NCBI GenBank assembly: GCA_976226885.1
Contig: OZ320316.1
Coordinates: forward strand, 90,768,001-90,832,000
Length of the DNA: 64,000 nt
Reading direction: 5' to 3'
Source of the DNA: Iphione sp. A-MEVVRFRX5
Lineage: Eukaryota
Each line of letters opens with the position of its first letter. The first letter of the stretch is position 1. Of this stretch, positions 14,296 to 26,345 are shown in pieces. The notes beneath the pieces are model-generated. The model was given only the letters and a program-made list of their open reading frames with translations. It did no database searches and had not been told where the DNA came from. The position numbers and the translations under genes were made by a program.

Positions 14296-16277
14296 TTTAT
14301 AATCAAATGATATGCAAATTAGGTAATTAATTTAAAAGAATCTAACATACGTTAGGACTTTCATGATTTTCTATACAGTGTGGATAACCTGCGTACATGA
14401 AAATATCTGCTTGCCACCTGTTGCATTTGGGTGCAGACTTCTCAGAGTCCAGCCCGGCACGCGGGTTTTAACCTGTGTGCATGGACATACTGACCACAAA
14501 GCATCAGATTGCACTACCATTGTTGGATATGGGTTTTAATGTTGCCATCCTTTACCAAATTGACTGGTTTGGTTGCTGGGGCAACATGTATTGAAGAGGG
14601 CCTGATGCACTATAGTTTGGCATTTGTTCTGGTTCAGTGGTAAAAAAAGCAATTAAACATGATGGACAAGACTGTAGCACTAGGGACGAGGAAAGACATA
14701 AATGGCACAGATCTTCGTGCCTTCAGTACTAGGAGGCCACATCAAAGACATACCAGGAACCAGTTGTGAATGCATTAATCGAACAAGCACAGGTCTCTTA
14801 CGACGGAGACAGTGCAATGATGAGAAGAAAACAGGATTATTGGTTGATAAAGATGTGTCATTGCGTGGAATAAGATATGTTTGTTTACCATTGCAGGAAT
14901 GGTGTTAGAAGATAAGGCACAACAATGGAGTATTCCAAGAGTTAGGGCCCCTTCAGTCGGGAAGGACGTATCAAGATGCTAAAACAAGGATCATAAAGAA
15001 AGAAATTGAGCCCTGGGGCTGTTCATCAAAGCAAGAATATTAAATTTTATATAGCACATGGAAAGTGTCAGCGTCACTCTTCCCAAGAAAGTACACACCG
15101 ACTTGTGGTGTACAGCAACCCATTCAGCTCTGCGTCTGGGGGAGAGTGTCAAGAATATTGAGAACAATGTATACAAGACGATCTGTTCTGGTTTAAGACT
15201 AATTCCCATCTCATACATAACTCAGTTTTATATTATTATAGAAATGGACAAATGTTACTGTCGATCTATATCACTTTGTCTAAATTCCATCATTAAATTA
15301 ATCCATTAGCATTCCTGAACGCAAAATCAAGTATGGAAGGTTGAGACAGTAGGACTAAAAATCCACAGGCATACTTAATTGATTACATTCAAAATAATCC
15401 GACAGGACGTATATGCGAGCGTTGTTTTCATTGAAAGTCTCCTACGATCACAATGTGATATATGCGACGTGTACAACTGCACTTAACGTATTAACTCTAC
15501 TTTCAACTCTACATATACAGGATAGCTAGTCAAGCCCAGCAGCAGCAGATTTATACATCATGATTCGTGCGAGTATACTCTAAAGTAGCAGGTGGCTCAT
15601 TTAGATATTTGTTAGCAACTGGTGGAAGAGGTACACCTAGAGCAGTTCGAAATGTAGATAAAACCTAAATTCCTTCACTAGATAGAAAACATGAGAGTGT
15701 ACAGGAGAAAGGCTCGAATGGAAACACCCTTAGTACTTTCTCAAACTGTTCCTGAGATGTGTCCCTACTGGAGACTCCTTTTATTACAGGGAAAGTGCAG
15801 TGTGCTCTTCCCAAAGGTGTTCCTATTACAGGCATGCCCGTTTTGAAGACTGTCTAAGGTGGCTCTTTACTGTACTTAAAATTTTATCTAGTGCTTTATA
15901 GAGGTAGTTACTATCATTTTGAAATAAAGCCAGTAAAACGACGTCGCGCCTACTTTAATAAAGCGAAAATATAAGCACTATAAAATGTAGAACACTGTTT
16001 TAGGCTTGATGGAAACGCCTTCACATACAGCTTTATATATACATATATGAAAGAGAGCGAAAGGAAGAAAATTTAATTCACTGTCGCTTTAATAATGTGC
16101 GAGCGGGCAGAATTCTTTCCAGCCAAAGTTCTCTTTGAAATCGTCCACAATTTACGAGGATAGGTTCCTTCTATTTGAATATTAGAATGTTGTTGCTTCA
16201 GGCCGAATTAACATTAACCACTTATTTCCTGACCTGAAACTTGGTTGGCCAATGTTCGATCTAACCTCAGTATCTTG

Positions 16278-16367
16278 AGCACTTATCAGTATAGGTAAAC
16301 TGATACTAAGCAGTATGTTCCTAGCACTTATCAGTATAGGTAAACTGATTCTATACAGGACGTTCCC
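16278..16367 (+). repeat. 45-bp tandem duplication with internal hairpin
   Basis: AGCACTTATCAGTATAGGTAAACTGAT is identical at 16278 and 16323; each copy contains the inverted repeat ATCAGT-N8-ACTGAT. Confidence 0.75.
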
Positions 16368-16599
16368 CCCAGTAAACAGTTCTTGGGAAAAGGTGATTAT
16401 CTATACCGAAGTTAATGTTTTAAAGCTTTAATTTCACCTGGCTAGATGTAGACAGGGCTTAACAATTTTATAAGAATGGATAAAGGGGATGCTACACAGC
16501 ATGGTTTGTGCAGATAGATTATATAGTACATTTGCAATAATTGCATTAAGATAATTTGTATCATTACTAGGATATACATCTTTAGTGTTCATGCTGTAC

Positions 16600-17600
16600 C
16601 TAGTCTCATCTTCTTGAAGGGACTCTCCCGTTTTCCTTTCTTGTTCTTTCCAATAACCATTTCTTCAAGTAATTCTTGAACAATTTGGTGGGTATTTCTT
16701 TTAAGTGGGGTCTAGTGCATTGCACAATACAGTTGCATGTGGTGGGGGCTCTATTTAAACATTGCCAACTTCAATTTCAAATTGGCTATCAGGGCTTGAC
16801 GAGCTCTACATGTGGACTTTGCTTCCATGTGTTTATCCTTTAACCAGTATAAATTCTGAGGTTCAGAGTGAAATACAGGTTGCATTTAGCTGTTGTCATT
16901 ATTTAGTTCTGATGTAACAGGATTCTCATATCAGAAAGATCATTCTTGGTTGCTATGTGGACTGCCTGAATACACGTAATTGGTTTTCTAGTGGCTGAAC
17001 AGTGGACTCGAGTAGTTGTATATTTATACAGATTCCATTTCCTTTACACCACTGCTGCAAGTTAATTCTGTCTCTTTAGAGTATTTTAGCAATATTTTCA
17101 GGGTTCTTATCAGACACTAGGAGGATGATGTCATCAGTGTACATGATACACTTGCAATTGTTAATTCACTGGTCGCTTTTCGCCTGACTGCTTCGCCCAC
17201 CCAGCAACATCACTGGAGCGTGTTTCTTGGATAGACATCCTTCATCTTCCCTAGGCCTTTCTAGGCTTAAACTGTCATCCTTGACCCCTTGTATTTGAGA
17301 ATTATTGTTAATATATCTCCTTTATACTGTCAGAAGCACAAAACTCTATCTGTAATATTAACAGAGATATTTAACCTTCCCATTGACTTCAATGTTAGCT
17401 TTGTTTGCCTATCGTTCAAATTCCCCACCCTCTGTGGTAACTGCAGTTTGATTGGCGGATGCAACTGTAACAAAATGAAAAGTGATTGCTGAATACGTTT
17501 GATGCTATCATTGATATATAGTATGAACAGGGTTGGACCTAATATACTTCCCCGAGGGACACCTTCTAGCAGCTCTTTTTGAGATGACTCATGCCTGTCA
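16600..17600 (-). mobile_element. Decayed non-LTR retrotransposon (L2/CR1-like) reverse transcriptase fragment, interrupted
   Basis: EGVPRGSILGPTLFILYIND at ~17566-17505; CKCIMYTDDIILLVSDKNPENI with YTDD at 17141-17130; C-terminal PHLKEIPTKLFKNYLKKWLL near 16720-16660; multiple stops and frameshifts. Confidence 0.75.
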
Positions 17601-17699
17601 ATTTTACTTTATTATTTTGAATTTAATTGAATTGCATAAATATCTATTGCCTTCTTTGCATCAAGTTACCAAGTTCTTCAGGTAATAATGGTGTAGATA

Positions 17700-18415
17700 A
17701 CACAAGGGAACAAATAGGTGACAAGAATGATCAAATGGATATGACATATATGCATACACAGATACAGTAGTAGTAGAGCGCACACGTGCAATGTATAGTA
17801 CACAAACATGCAAGGTAAGCACAGTACAAAGATGGTTTTTCATATATTGACAATAGGCAGGTGAAACATGCATATATTATGCTGGATTACATAGCACAAT
17901 ACTAGGCATAAGGGAACCAAATTATTGAAAAAGAACATCCAAATGGATATGACATACATGGCAGTAGAGTGCACAAGTGCATAATACATTAAACAGACAT
18001 GCAGCATAAGGCCAAAAAGAAATAGGTGTGTTTCTGGTAATGACCAACCAAACACCTAGGTAGGGAGGGGGGTATCTTTGTTTTTTTTTTATAATTTTTT
18101 TCCCCATTTTCCTGCTCTGGTTTTCAATAGTAGTAAAGACAATATGAAGAACTTTGACCAATTTGCATGAGTTTTACAGTTTTTTCTTGAATTTCCATGG
18201 ATTTTGTTGTTTTTTTTACTGAATTTACCAAAAATTGTGAAAACACATACCTAAGGAAATTCAACCTTGGGAACTCTTTGAAGCCAAACAATTTTTAGAA
18301 AGGGTGAGGTTTTACTATGTAGGGGTGGCTTACCAGAAAAACACCAATTTTTTTGGCCTAAACACAGCAATCAGGGTTACCACTTATACATTGTACAAAA
18401 GGCAGGTGACAAATG
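17700..18415 (+). repeat. Old ~208-bp tandem duplication; second copy interrupted by the MITE
   Basis: ATGGATATGACATA at 17735 and 17943; similarity resumes after 18361 (CACAG...AGGCAGGTGA). Confidence 0.6.
18010..18358. mobile_element. Second copy of the Harbinger/Tourist-like MITE family, 349 bp
   Basis: TIRs GGCCAAAAAGAAATAGGTGTGTTTCTGGTAATG and (rc) GGCCAAAAAAATTGGTGTTTTTCTGGTAAGC; TAA TSD at 18007-18009 and 18359-18361. Confidence 0.8.
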
Positions 18416-18762
18416 TCAGCTGCAGGTGCTATAAGGGCTACTGATCTGGAAGTTGCCATTCCAAGGATGCTGGCGGGAATGTGCTAATTCACAGAGATGC
18501 TTCACGTGCCACGTGGTTTCAGCTGAGTATGAGAAACATGCTTATGGTTCACATCAGTGTGATATATATAACGAATAGGCAAAACAAGAGTATTTCATTT
18601 TATTCTACAGGGATGCCACTGGTGTGGTACAACTGTGACATATGAGCAGAGATGCAGCTGTTGAAAGTCAGCTTATCGAATAACATGTGAAAGTGCAGTT
18701 AGAGGCTTATGATTGGTGTGTGCATGCTCGTTGTAGCATAGTACAGTGAGATAATCGAGTAG

Positions 18763-20450
18763 TCACACTACATGGTAACGCCGAGGGACTGAGATCACAC
18801 GATGCTTCATCAGGGACCAACGGCCCTTGATGACCACACCCAAGCCCTGAAGGCCCCAAGCCTTGGGGCCTCCTTCATGTGTGGCGGCAGTCTGTTCCAA
18901 TGTGACAAGGCTTTGTAGTGCAGACTCCCCGTGAATTTGCTGGTCAATCTTCCTCCTGTTGGAGCTGCCTCCATGTGTCTTGGAGAATTCTTCCACTAAT
19001 TCCTCCACCCTTTCAATGCAACGTGATTGGTTGATGGTTCGGGCAGATGGATGGCAACCATTTTGTACAAAAATCCTAACACACCTGCTTAGGTGTACCT
19101 GCATATTGCAGGTTGCTGTTTTCGAGCAGCCATAAAGAAGAATTGCTCCGTAGCTCAGGTGGGACATGACTAGAGCTTTGCTTAGTTGAAGCCTCTCTCT
19201 TAAGGGCAACAGGTTCTTGATCCCTGAAACTTTTAGTGAGGTGCTCCACATTTTGGCTTTAATGTTCTACTGAGCTTCCTTGAAGTTCAAGTTGGCATCA
19301 ATGAGATACCCCAGCAGCCTAACTTTCACTGGCATATCAAGCGATGTAGACCCTAATTAAAGGTAAAGGGGGGTGTTGGCTGCTTTCCCGAGTGGCATGT
19401 AGCTGCATTTGGATTCACTTAGTAGCAGGCCTGCAGACTTACACCAGCCTACTACCGCATTAACTGCCCGTTGAGCAACTCCTCTTAGGCAGAGTAAGTT
19501 ACCTGTCTCCACCAACATGGTTAAGTCATCAACATAGAGAATTGGTGATGTGTGGTGATCTCATTGAACATGATTTCAAAGGCATTGGGGTCAAACACCG
19601 ACCCTTGAGGGATGCCGGTGAGTACCTCCCTGAGGTGAGAATTTTCACCAGTACATCTAACAAATTGTGTATGGCCACTGACTAGCTGGACACCAATTTG
19701 ATACGTTTGCGGCTGGTGCGGGCCATACGTAGCCTTGCAAGCACCCCTGCAGAAGGCACTAAGTCAAACGCCTTCTGCAGGTCAAAAGTGAGAAGACAGC
19801 AGTAGCGGCTACTAAGTCAAACACCTTCTGCAGGTCAAAAGTGAGAAGACAGTAGTAGCGGCCTGCATTAAGAGACTTGTGAGCCTTTAGGAGTAGGCTA
19901 AAAACTGCAGTCTCCATGTCTTCCGACTTAAGCCTGCTCCAAATTTCAGTTTTGCCAGTATTTTTTAGCATTTCTTTTACTTTTCTCAAAGATTTCCGTG
20001 TGGAATTTGGTTGAATCCTTTGATACCATGCATTTTGCCTTGTATGCAGGTTTTTGGCATTGTTAAGAGAAAAAGGGTCTTTTGGGGCCATTCCTTAAGT
20101 TAAACAAATAAATCCTTTTTCGGATCGCATTCCTAGTACTGAGAGATAAATATAGCTGAGTAACTGTTTTGTGTTGAGACGTGTTGTGGAGTCATGTCTG
20201 TTATAAATAATTTCAGAGGGGTCAATTGATGTGATGGCTTTCCTTCTATGCAGTATAGTGACCAGGCCTTCGGATTTATTTAGCCACTTGTAGTTGCTGG
20301 TATGGAGTTTATTGATATCAAGCAACTTGTTTTTATAATCTCCCAAAAGGATTACCTCATTGTGGATAAGTTTAATGCCTCTAGGTACTTTCAATGTTAC
20401 TCTGTAACACAGTCATATTACAGAAGCAACCCACCCTGCAGGCAACTCAA
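18763..20450 (-). mobile_element. Decayed LINE (L2/CR1/Jockey group) with APE endonuclease remnant and RT
   Basis: VILLGDYKNKLLD (APE-like GDFN motif, ORF 20095-20394); LLTFDLQKVFDLV / DLQKAFDLV (RT); GIPQGSVFDP (~19620-19590); ILYVDDLT (~19540-19520); C-terminal LPLRERLQLSKALVMSHLSYGAILLYG...LSRCVRIF (ORF 18763-19251). Confidence 0.82.
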
Positions 20451-20619
20451 CCATGTGGGCAATGGGCATCAGCAGGTGATTCTCGTTAGTCCCAAATGTG
20501 CTTTCTCTATAATTTAATATAATGGATGCCCAGAAAGGCAGGCAACGCATGTTTATGGGCAACTCACCCTGAGACCACATAGTTAAATAAGCAATTACAC
20601 CAGGAATACAATATATTTG

Positions 20620-20752
20620 AGCATTCTGCAGGAGTGGGGACATTGGCGAACCCTCTAGCAACATGCTGGTCATGGTCTATTTGATACAGTCTGGCCTCCT
20701 GCGGACATGGGAACATTGGCGAACCCTCTACCAACATGCTGGTAATGGTCTG
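20620..20752 (+). repeat. 73-bp-period tandem duplication
   Basis: ACATTGGCGAACCCTCTA.CAACATGCTGGT.ATGGTCT at 20640 and 20713. Confidence 0.75.
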
Positions 20753-23700
20753 TTTCATATGTTTGACCCCTTCCTAAGCTCATTCAGATATACAGATAGT
20801 CATCTAGATGTATATTTTCAGAAAAGCGACCAATGCACAGTCGTGGGCAAATCAGCCCAGTCCCAAGGCTGGTCATATTGTCGAGTTGCTACTGTATTCA
20901 CCAATTGCTTTTGGGCAGATAACTCCTCCTACACAGAAGTGCTCAAACATGAACATCCTACAGCTTCTATGGGCCTCTCAACCTTGAACCTTTGTAACTT
21001 AGGAACTATTTATTTAAAAATACAAACTTTACAGTTAATCATTGTTGATATATTCTATTTATGCATACAAAAGCAAATAATTCTATGCAATTTAACCTTC
21101 CCATAGACTCCAATGATAAATAGCTCAAATTGCCACACTTTTTGCACGATTTGTTGTGGTTGGTTAGCCTCCAATCAATCAAAAAGGCGATCGGTAAATT
21201 GGACAACTAGTAAAAAATGTACTGTACATGTATTTTAGCAAACAAGACGCTGTTAGAAGCCCATGATCTTGATCCCTATAGATGTCCTTGACCGGAGGTT
21301 AGGGGTAAATTAAAACATGGATCCCAAGTTGGTGTTCGCACTATAAGTTATATTGTCATAGACTCTTAGAGTTGTTGGATTCTAAAATCCTTGACACTCA
21401 ACTGAATATTGGTCTGGTTAATGTTGAACCTGCCGACCACAAATGTTATGTCTCTCTTTACGGACAAAAGAATGAATGCCATGATCTGAACCGACTTATG
21501 TAAGTAGTCGCCCTTGTTTCATTTTCTAGGTGTCCTACAGTGATTTACCCCTGCTCGTATATGAGACGCTGATTTTTTAGGAAAAATCTATCAATACTTG
21601 AGACCTGGGATTAAAACTTATGTTATAGAGTCCTTGAACGACATTCTGTCTCCAATGATTGTCCTGAGGAAATCTGGTTTGTCGTTTCTGTCGTGTTGTC
21701 CTCATACTATTTTTAAAGAAACATTTCTGGCTACAGAGTGCCCTAGACTCACAAGAAAGCGGGCTTTCATCCACTCATACATATGAAAAAAGGAGAGAAA
21801 TATTTCAAACCCTGACCATTGTCCACCTTATGGTAATATGCACGGTTGGTGCTCATGATATGGCAGGTAGCTTTAGCGTCTCTCCCCATGGTGCCCGCCG
21901 TGTCATTGGCCGAGAACGTAGGCGTGTTGTTCCGGTTTTGCTGTCTGAAAGGCCAACATGTGACAACGTGGGAGACGCCAATAGTCATAGTATAGGCAAC
22001 AGATACATCAGGAGATGTATTACACTCGATGCCTTGCTGCTGAAGGGTACCGAAGCGTGTGAAAGCTACTTTTGGCCCCTATGTCTGACCAATAAAAGGC
22101 AGAGCCACGGTTAACAACGGAATCTTAAGTGTCTATGTGCAGGCCTGTAGCTAGGAACTGTTGGGGGGGGGGTATCGGACGATACCCCCGATGCCCCAGA
22201 GGTGGAACTCCTGGAGACAATGTCTATGCTGGGCTACAGAGATTAGGATTTGCGGGGGGTATTGGACGACACCCCGATACCCCCTTGACTATGGGCCTGA
22301 TGTGTGGAGGCATATTCTGACTCATTCGAATTTTGAATTGAAAGCTACAAAATATGATAATATTAATTTAAAATGCGACCTAAAACAATCATGGCGTCTG
22401 GGTCCACAATTCAGTAAGAGTATATTACACCGAGACGAGAGACCATCTCTCTCATCTAAGCCGTACTGACATAGACCGCCATGGCAGCAGTTGAATGGAC
22501 TGAGCCGCCCGGGCCCATAGTGGAAAAGAGGGAGGATACCCAGCTGCTTTCCTGTGGCCACCTGACTGGACTCGGAACTGCTGCCACTATTCACAATGAC
22601 TTATTAGTACATGTACTGCCTCTTTTGGGAGCAGAATAGCTGAATGGAAGTGCGGCCGGCTAAGAGAGACAGAGAAGAAACCATGAGCAATGGGTCTAAA
22701 CGTAGCCATCGGCACGCACACGCAGTGGCACATATTATGAAAAACGTGTACAATAGAGTCAAGATGTCTTCTTTACGCGGAAGATAATGATCGGCCAGCA
22801 TGTTATAGAGATACATTTCTTGATAAATCATAATCACAAAATTCGACAATGTCGAATATTCTTGTTTATCGCTCATTTCACAAAATTGGATGACGAGGAT
22901 GAGATGGATGAAATTCCCAGAAACTATGACTCTAAAAATGTTAATATTACACCATTTGCAACGCAGTCGAAGAAAAGTCGTGTCCCCATGGGTTCCTTGA
23001 ATCTTTTCACAACAATGCTACACGCAGGCAGTACCGATTTTTTTGTCTTTCGAATTTAACCTTGGGGTTTTGAATATTTTTTTTTCAGTACAAATGGTTC
23101 ATAAACAGCCTGGACGCTCCTAATGGCCGCCCCTCGTCATCAAGCGCCACCGAAAAATTGGGGGCTCAGACCCAGAATGGATTGTTTCGTTATATAAGCT
23201 ATATTAATGCAGGCTATCTACAAGAGACGATTTATTATAATACCTAATGATCGCTTCCACTTCGATCGGGCCCAGAGCGTCGCCAGACATCAAATACATG
23301 CACATTGCAAACGCACTCCTACAACAATAACGGACATCAGAGCGACAGATGCTTCTGGCGGGTCGTACGTCGACCTTGAATATCGTGCAGGAATAAACAA
23401 AGATGATATTTCTTCAGTGCATGTTATTGACGGGCTTCTACAATACACATGGTTGAAGTGTACGAATATAGTGGGGAAAATAAATGTAACATAATGGCTA
23501 TTGCTTACTGATCCACACTAACACTGGACATTCACAGTCAATTCAGTGAAATAAAATATCGTTAACAATGGATGTTTTAAATATTTTCAGTCTAGTATAT
23601 AGATTAACATTCTAAAGTCGGATTTCGTAAACCTCAAAAATTTTATCACTAAAGAGTATTTCAAGTTGATTATAGACTGCCATCGCCGACTGATGATCAC

Positions 23701-24194
23701 TAAAACTAGTTATCACATTGCGTGTGGTTCCAAGACACTGTTACCAACCCGAACCATAGCCTACTACGAACAGGTTCTGCCGTTACTAAGGTGGCCGGGG
23801 TGCAGTCATTTGCAGCCATGAGATAGAACGGGAGACTGCGGAATATCACCTGTCCCACCCCTGTCAATTACACTAATCAATAGCTTTGCGGCTACAAGGA
23901 AGGGTTAGCATTTACAAGAGTTAAATAGTAATTTTGAAAATACAATGTTTGGTTGAAACACCGTCTCGTGTATTTCTACGACTATGATGGGAGCAGGAAC
24001 TGCTGTGAGTTCATAGTCTTTCTCGTCAACATACACTTCATCCTTATCCACTTCATGTTCCAGCAGTTTCCTATCCTGCAGGTGCTAGCCACGGGGGTCA
24101 TGGCTGGGATAGGTTGCCATCTTTTAGAAGCAATCACGAGTAAGTGTTATGCTACTTCCTGAAGAATTCCGTGAGAGGGAGAGGTCATTCTTTT

Positions 24195-24247
24195 CTCCTC
24201 CTCCTCCTCCTCCTCCTCCTCCTCCTCCTCCTCCTCTTCCTCCTCCT
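24195..24247 (+). repeat. (CTC)n microsatellite, ~17 units
   Basis: Direct reading; one interruption (CTT). Confidence 0.95.
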
Positions 24248-24651
24248 AGCTTTTAGGATTAGGGTAGGGGGTAGTTTGCTGGGCGCCACGCTTGCTACAG
24301 CACTTTCAGAGTATGAATACCTGTAAAGCTAAGACAGATTCCTTCGTCCGAGTGATACAACTAATGGCCCCTTACCAATGCTCCCGATGATTGAATCTTT
24401 ATTGCATCCTGCCTATGCCTTGGAAATCACGTGTTAAGAGAGGCACTTGGAAATAATATTGTTGATATTGTGGACGTGATTAGGCCTGTGCTTTGCTTGG
24501 TGCTACCGGGTCAAGTGACTAACGAGCCTTAGTGGGCCCCTATATGTACTCCTGTTTGTTTGGAGGCTGCTATGGTCACAGTGCTTAAGGTCTCCCTGTG
24601 CTATTTCATTCTTCTCTGATTTCTTTACTGGTTAGTATAGCTTACTTCTTT

Positions 24652-24690
24652 AACGCAGTTTCGACATGTGTCTCTTCAGGCACCTTCATG
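24652..24690 (-). ncRNA. Minimal type I hammerhead ribozyme-like core at the 3' end of the Penelope element (probably decayed)
   Basis: Minus strand CATGAAGGTGC-CTGAAGA-GAC ACAT GTC-GAAA-CTGCG-TT: CUGANGA box (24679-24673), 3-bp stem II, GAAA (24662-24659), A-C/G-U stem III with GUH triplet (24654-24652). The 3' strand of stem I is missing. Confidence 0.55.
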
Positions 24691-26345
24691 TAATGGTTGT
24701 AAATCCTTAAGTCAAGTTGGAAACAAATTTTGTTATTTTTTTATGACGAGGCTAGTTGTCCTATTGGAAGTCACCATGTAGGATATTCAACCCATATGGG
24801 GAAAGTGTTTTGAGTCTGTGGATCCATTTTAATTCTAGTTTGTTTCTCAATATGCGGAACTTGTTCTTTTGGTGAGATGTGTATGCATTCTAAGACTCTT
24901 ATCATCATGTCTTTATATCGGTCGTGCTTGTTGCTGTTAAAATGTTCTGTTATTAAGTTTTTATCTGCGGGTTTCTTTAGGTCATAGAAGTGGTTTTTGA
25001 ATCAGTCCTTAATTCTTAGCTTGGTCTATCCCACATAGTTGATTTTACATTTCTTACATGTGATGGCATAGATCACATTGTTGCTGTTGTAGCTTAATTT
25101 GTGTTTTATTTCATATTCTTGGCTGTTGTGTTGGTTGGAGATCTTTTCTGTTGTGTTTATGGCTGGGCAATATCTATATTTATTGACCTTGCAGCCATCT
25201 TTGGAGTCTTTTGTTTCATCTTTCTCTGTGTAGGTTATTAGTCTGGCCCTGACCAGGTAGTCTCTGAGGTTCTTGGGCCTCCGATGGGCTATCATCAAAC
25301 TCTCCTTACCTATTTCTCTTGTGGTTTTTTGTTTAAGTAGTAGTTCCGAATCTTTCTTGATTATTGTTTCTACTTCGTTGCTGTCTGGTTGATAGGTGCT
25401 GATAAATATGTTTTTATGTCTCTTGTCTGTTGTTCTTGTGTTGCCTTGTTTAAGCAAAATGTCTCTCTCTTTTTTGGAGGCCTCATGTAGTGCCGTTGCT
25501 ATGACCATTTTCGGGTATCATCTTTCTAGGAGGTCACTGGATTTCCCTAGGCTGTGGTGTATGAAGTCTTCATCTTTACTACATATTTTTCTTACTCGTA
25601 GGAATTGGCCATAAGGAATATTGTTTTTCATTTTCAGATGGTGAGCGGAGGTGTAGTGGAGGGTATTGTTGACATCAGTTTCTTTTGTGCACAGGTCTGT
25701 TTCTATCCTCCCTAACTCATCTCTTATTATATATGTGTCTAGGAATTCTACCGACTGTGTGAATCTTTTGACTGTAAAGGATACGTGGTTGGAGGCGTTT
25801 TCCATGGCTTTTAGAAAAGAGTGCAAAATCTCCAATCCATGGGGCCATATGAAGAAAATATCATCTATGAATCTTACATAGAGGCTTGGTTGCAGTGGTT
25901 GTGTGTATATTGATTCGTCATCAAATTTACTCATAAACTGGTTGGCATACGAAAGAGCAACCCTGGTGCCCATGGCAGTTCCTCCTACTTGTAAGTAGTC
26001 TTTGCCACTAAATCTGAAGTTATTTTTGTAAGGACTATTTCTAACAGTTTACACAGTGTAGTGTTGGAAGGTACACTTGTTTCCTTCCGGGGTTCTTCTA
26101 GTTTGTCTCTTATCGCTTCCATCCCCTCTTTCTTCGGTATATTGGCGTAGAGAGAGGTGACGTCCATTGTGACTAAGAGGTCATTTTCTGATGTTTCGGA
26201 TCTTGAGAGTTTATTTAGAAAATCAGTTGTGTCTTTGATGTAGGACTTCTGTAGTGCTGCTATTGGTTTTAGAAAACCGTTTAAATATGCCAATATCTTT
26301 TCCGTAGCGCAGCCGTTCGCTGAAATGACGGGTCTGCCTGGGGTG
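24652..26345 (-). mobile_element. Penelope-like retroelement (RT + GIY-YIG endonuclease), 5'-truncated and frameshifted
   Basis: PGRPVIS, SYIKDTTDFLNKL, LVTMDVTSLYANIP, GTAMGTRVALSYAN, LYVRFIDDIFFIW (FIDD at 25871-25860), TDLCTKETD, IPYGQFLRVRKICS, and GIY-YIG CPAINTT...NVIYAITCKKCKINYVG (25200-25026). These are diagnostic Penelope-clade motifs. Confidence 0.93.

Noticed and set aside
16278-16367. CRISPR-like repeat/spacer pattern
   Set aside because: Only two repeats, spacers resemble each other, eukaryotic context, no cas genes.
24144-24326. Poly-Leu signal-peptide-like ORF
   Set aside because: Produced by the (CTC)n microsatellite.
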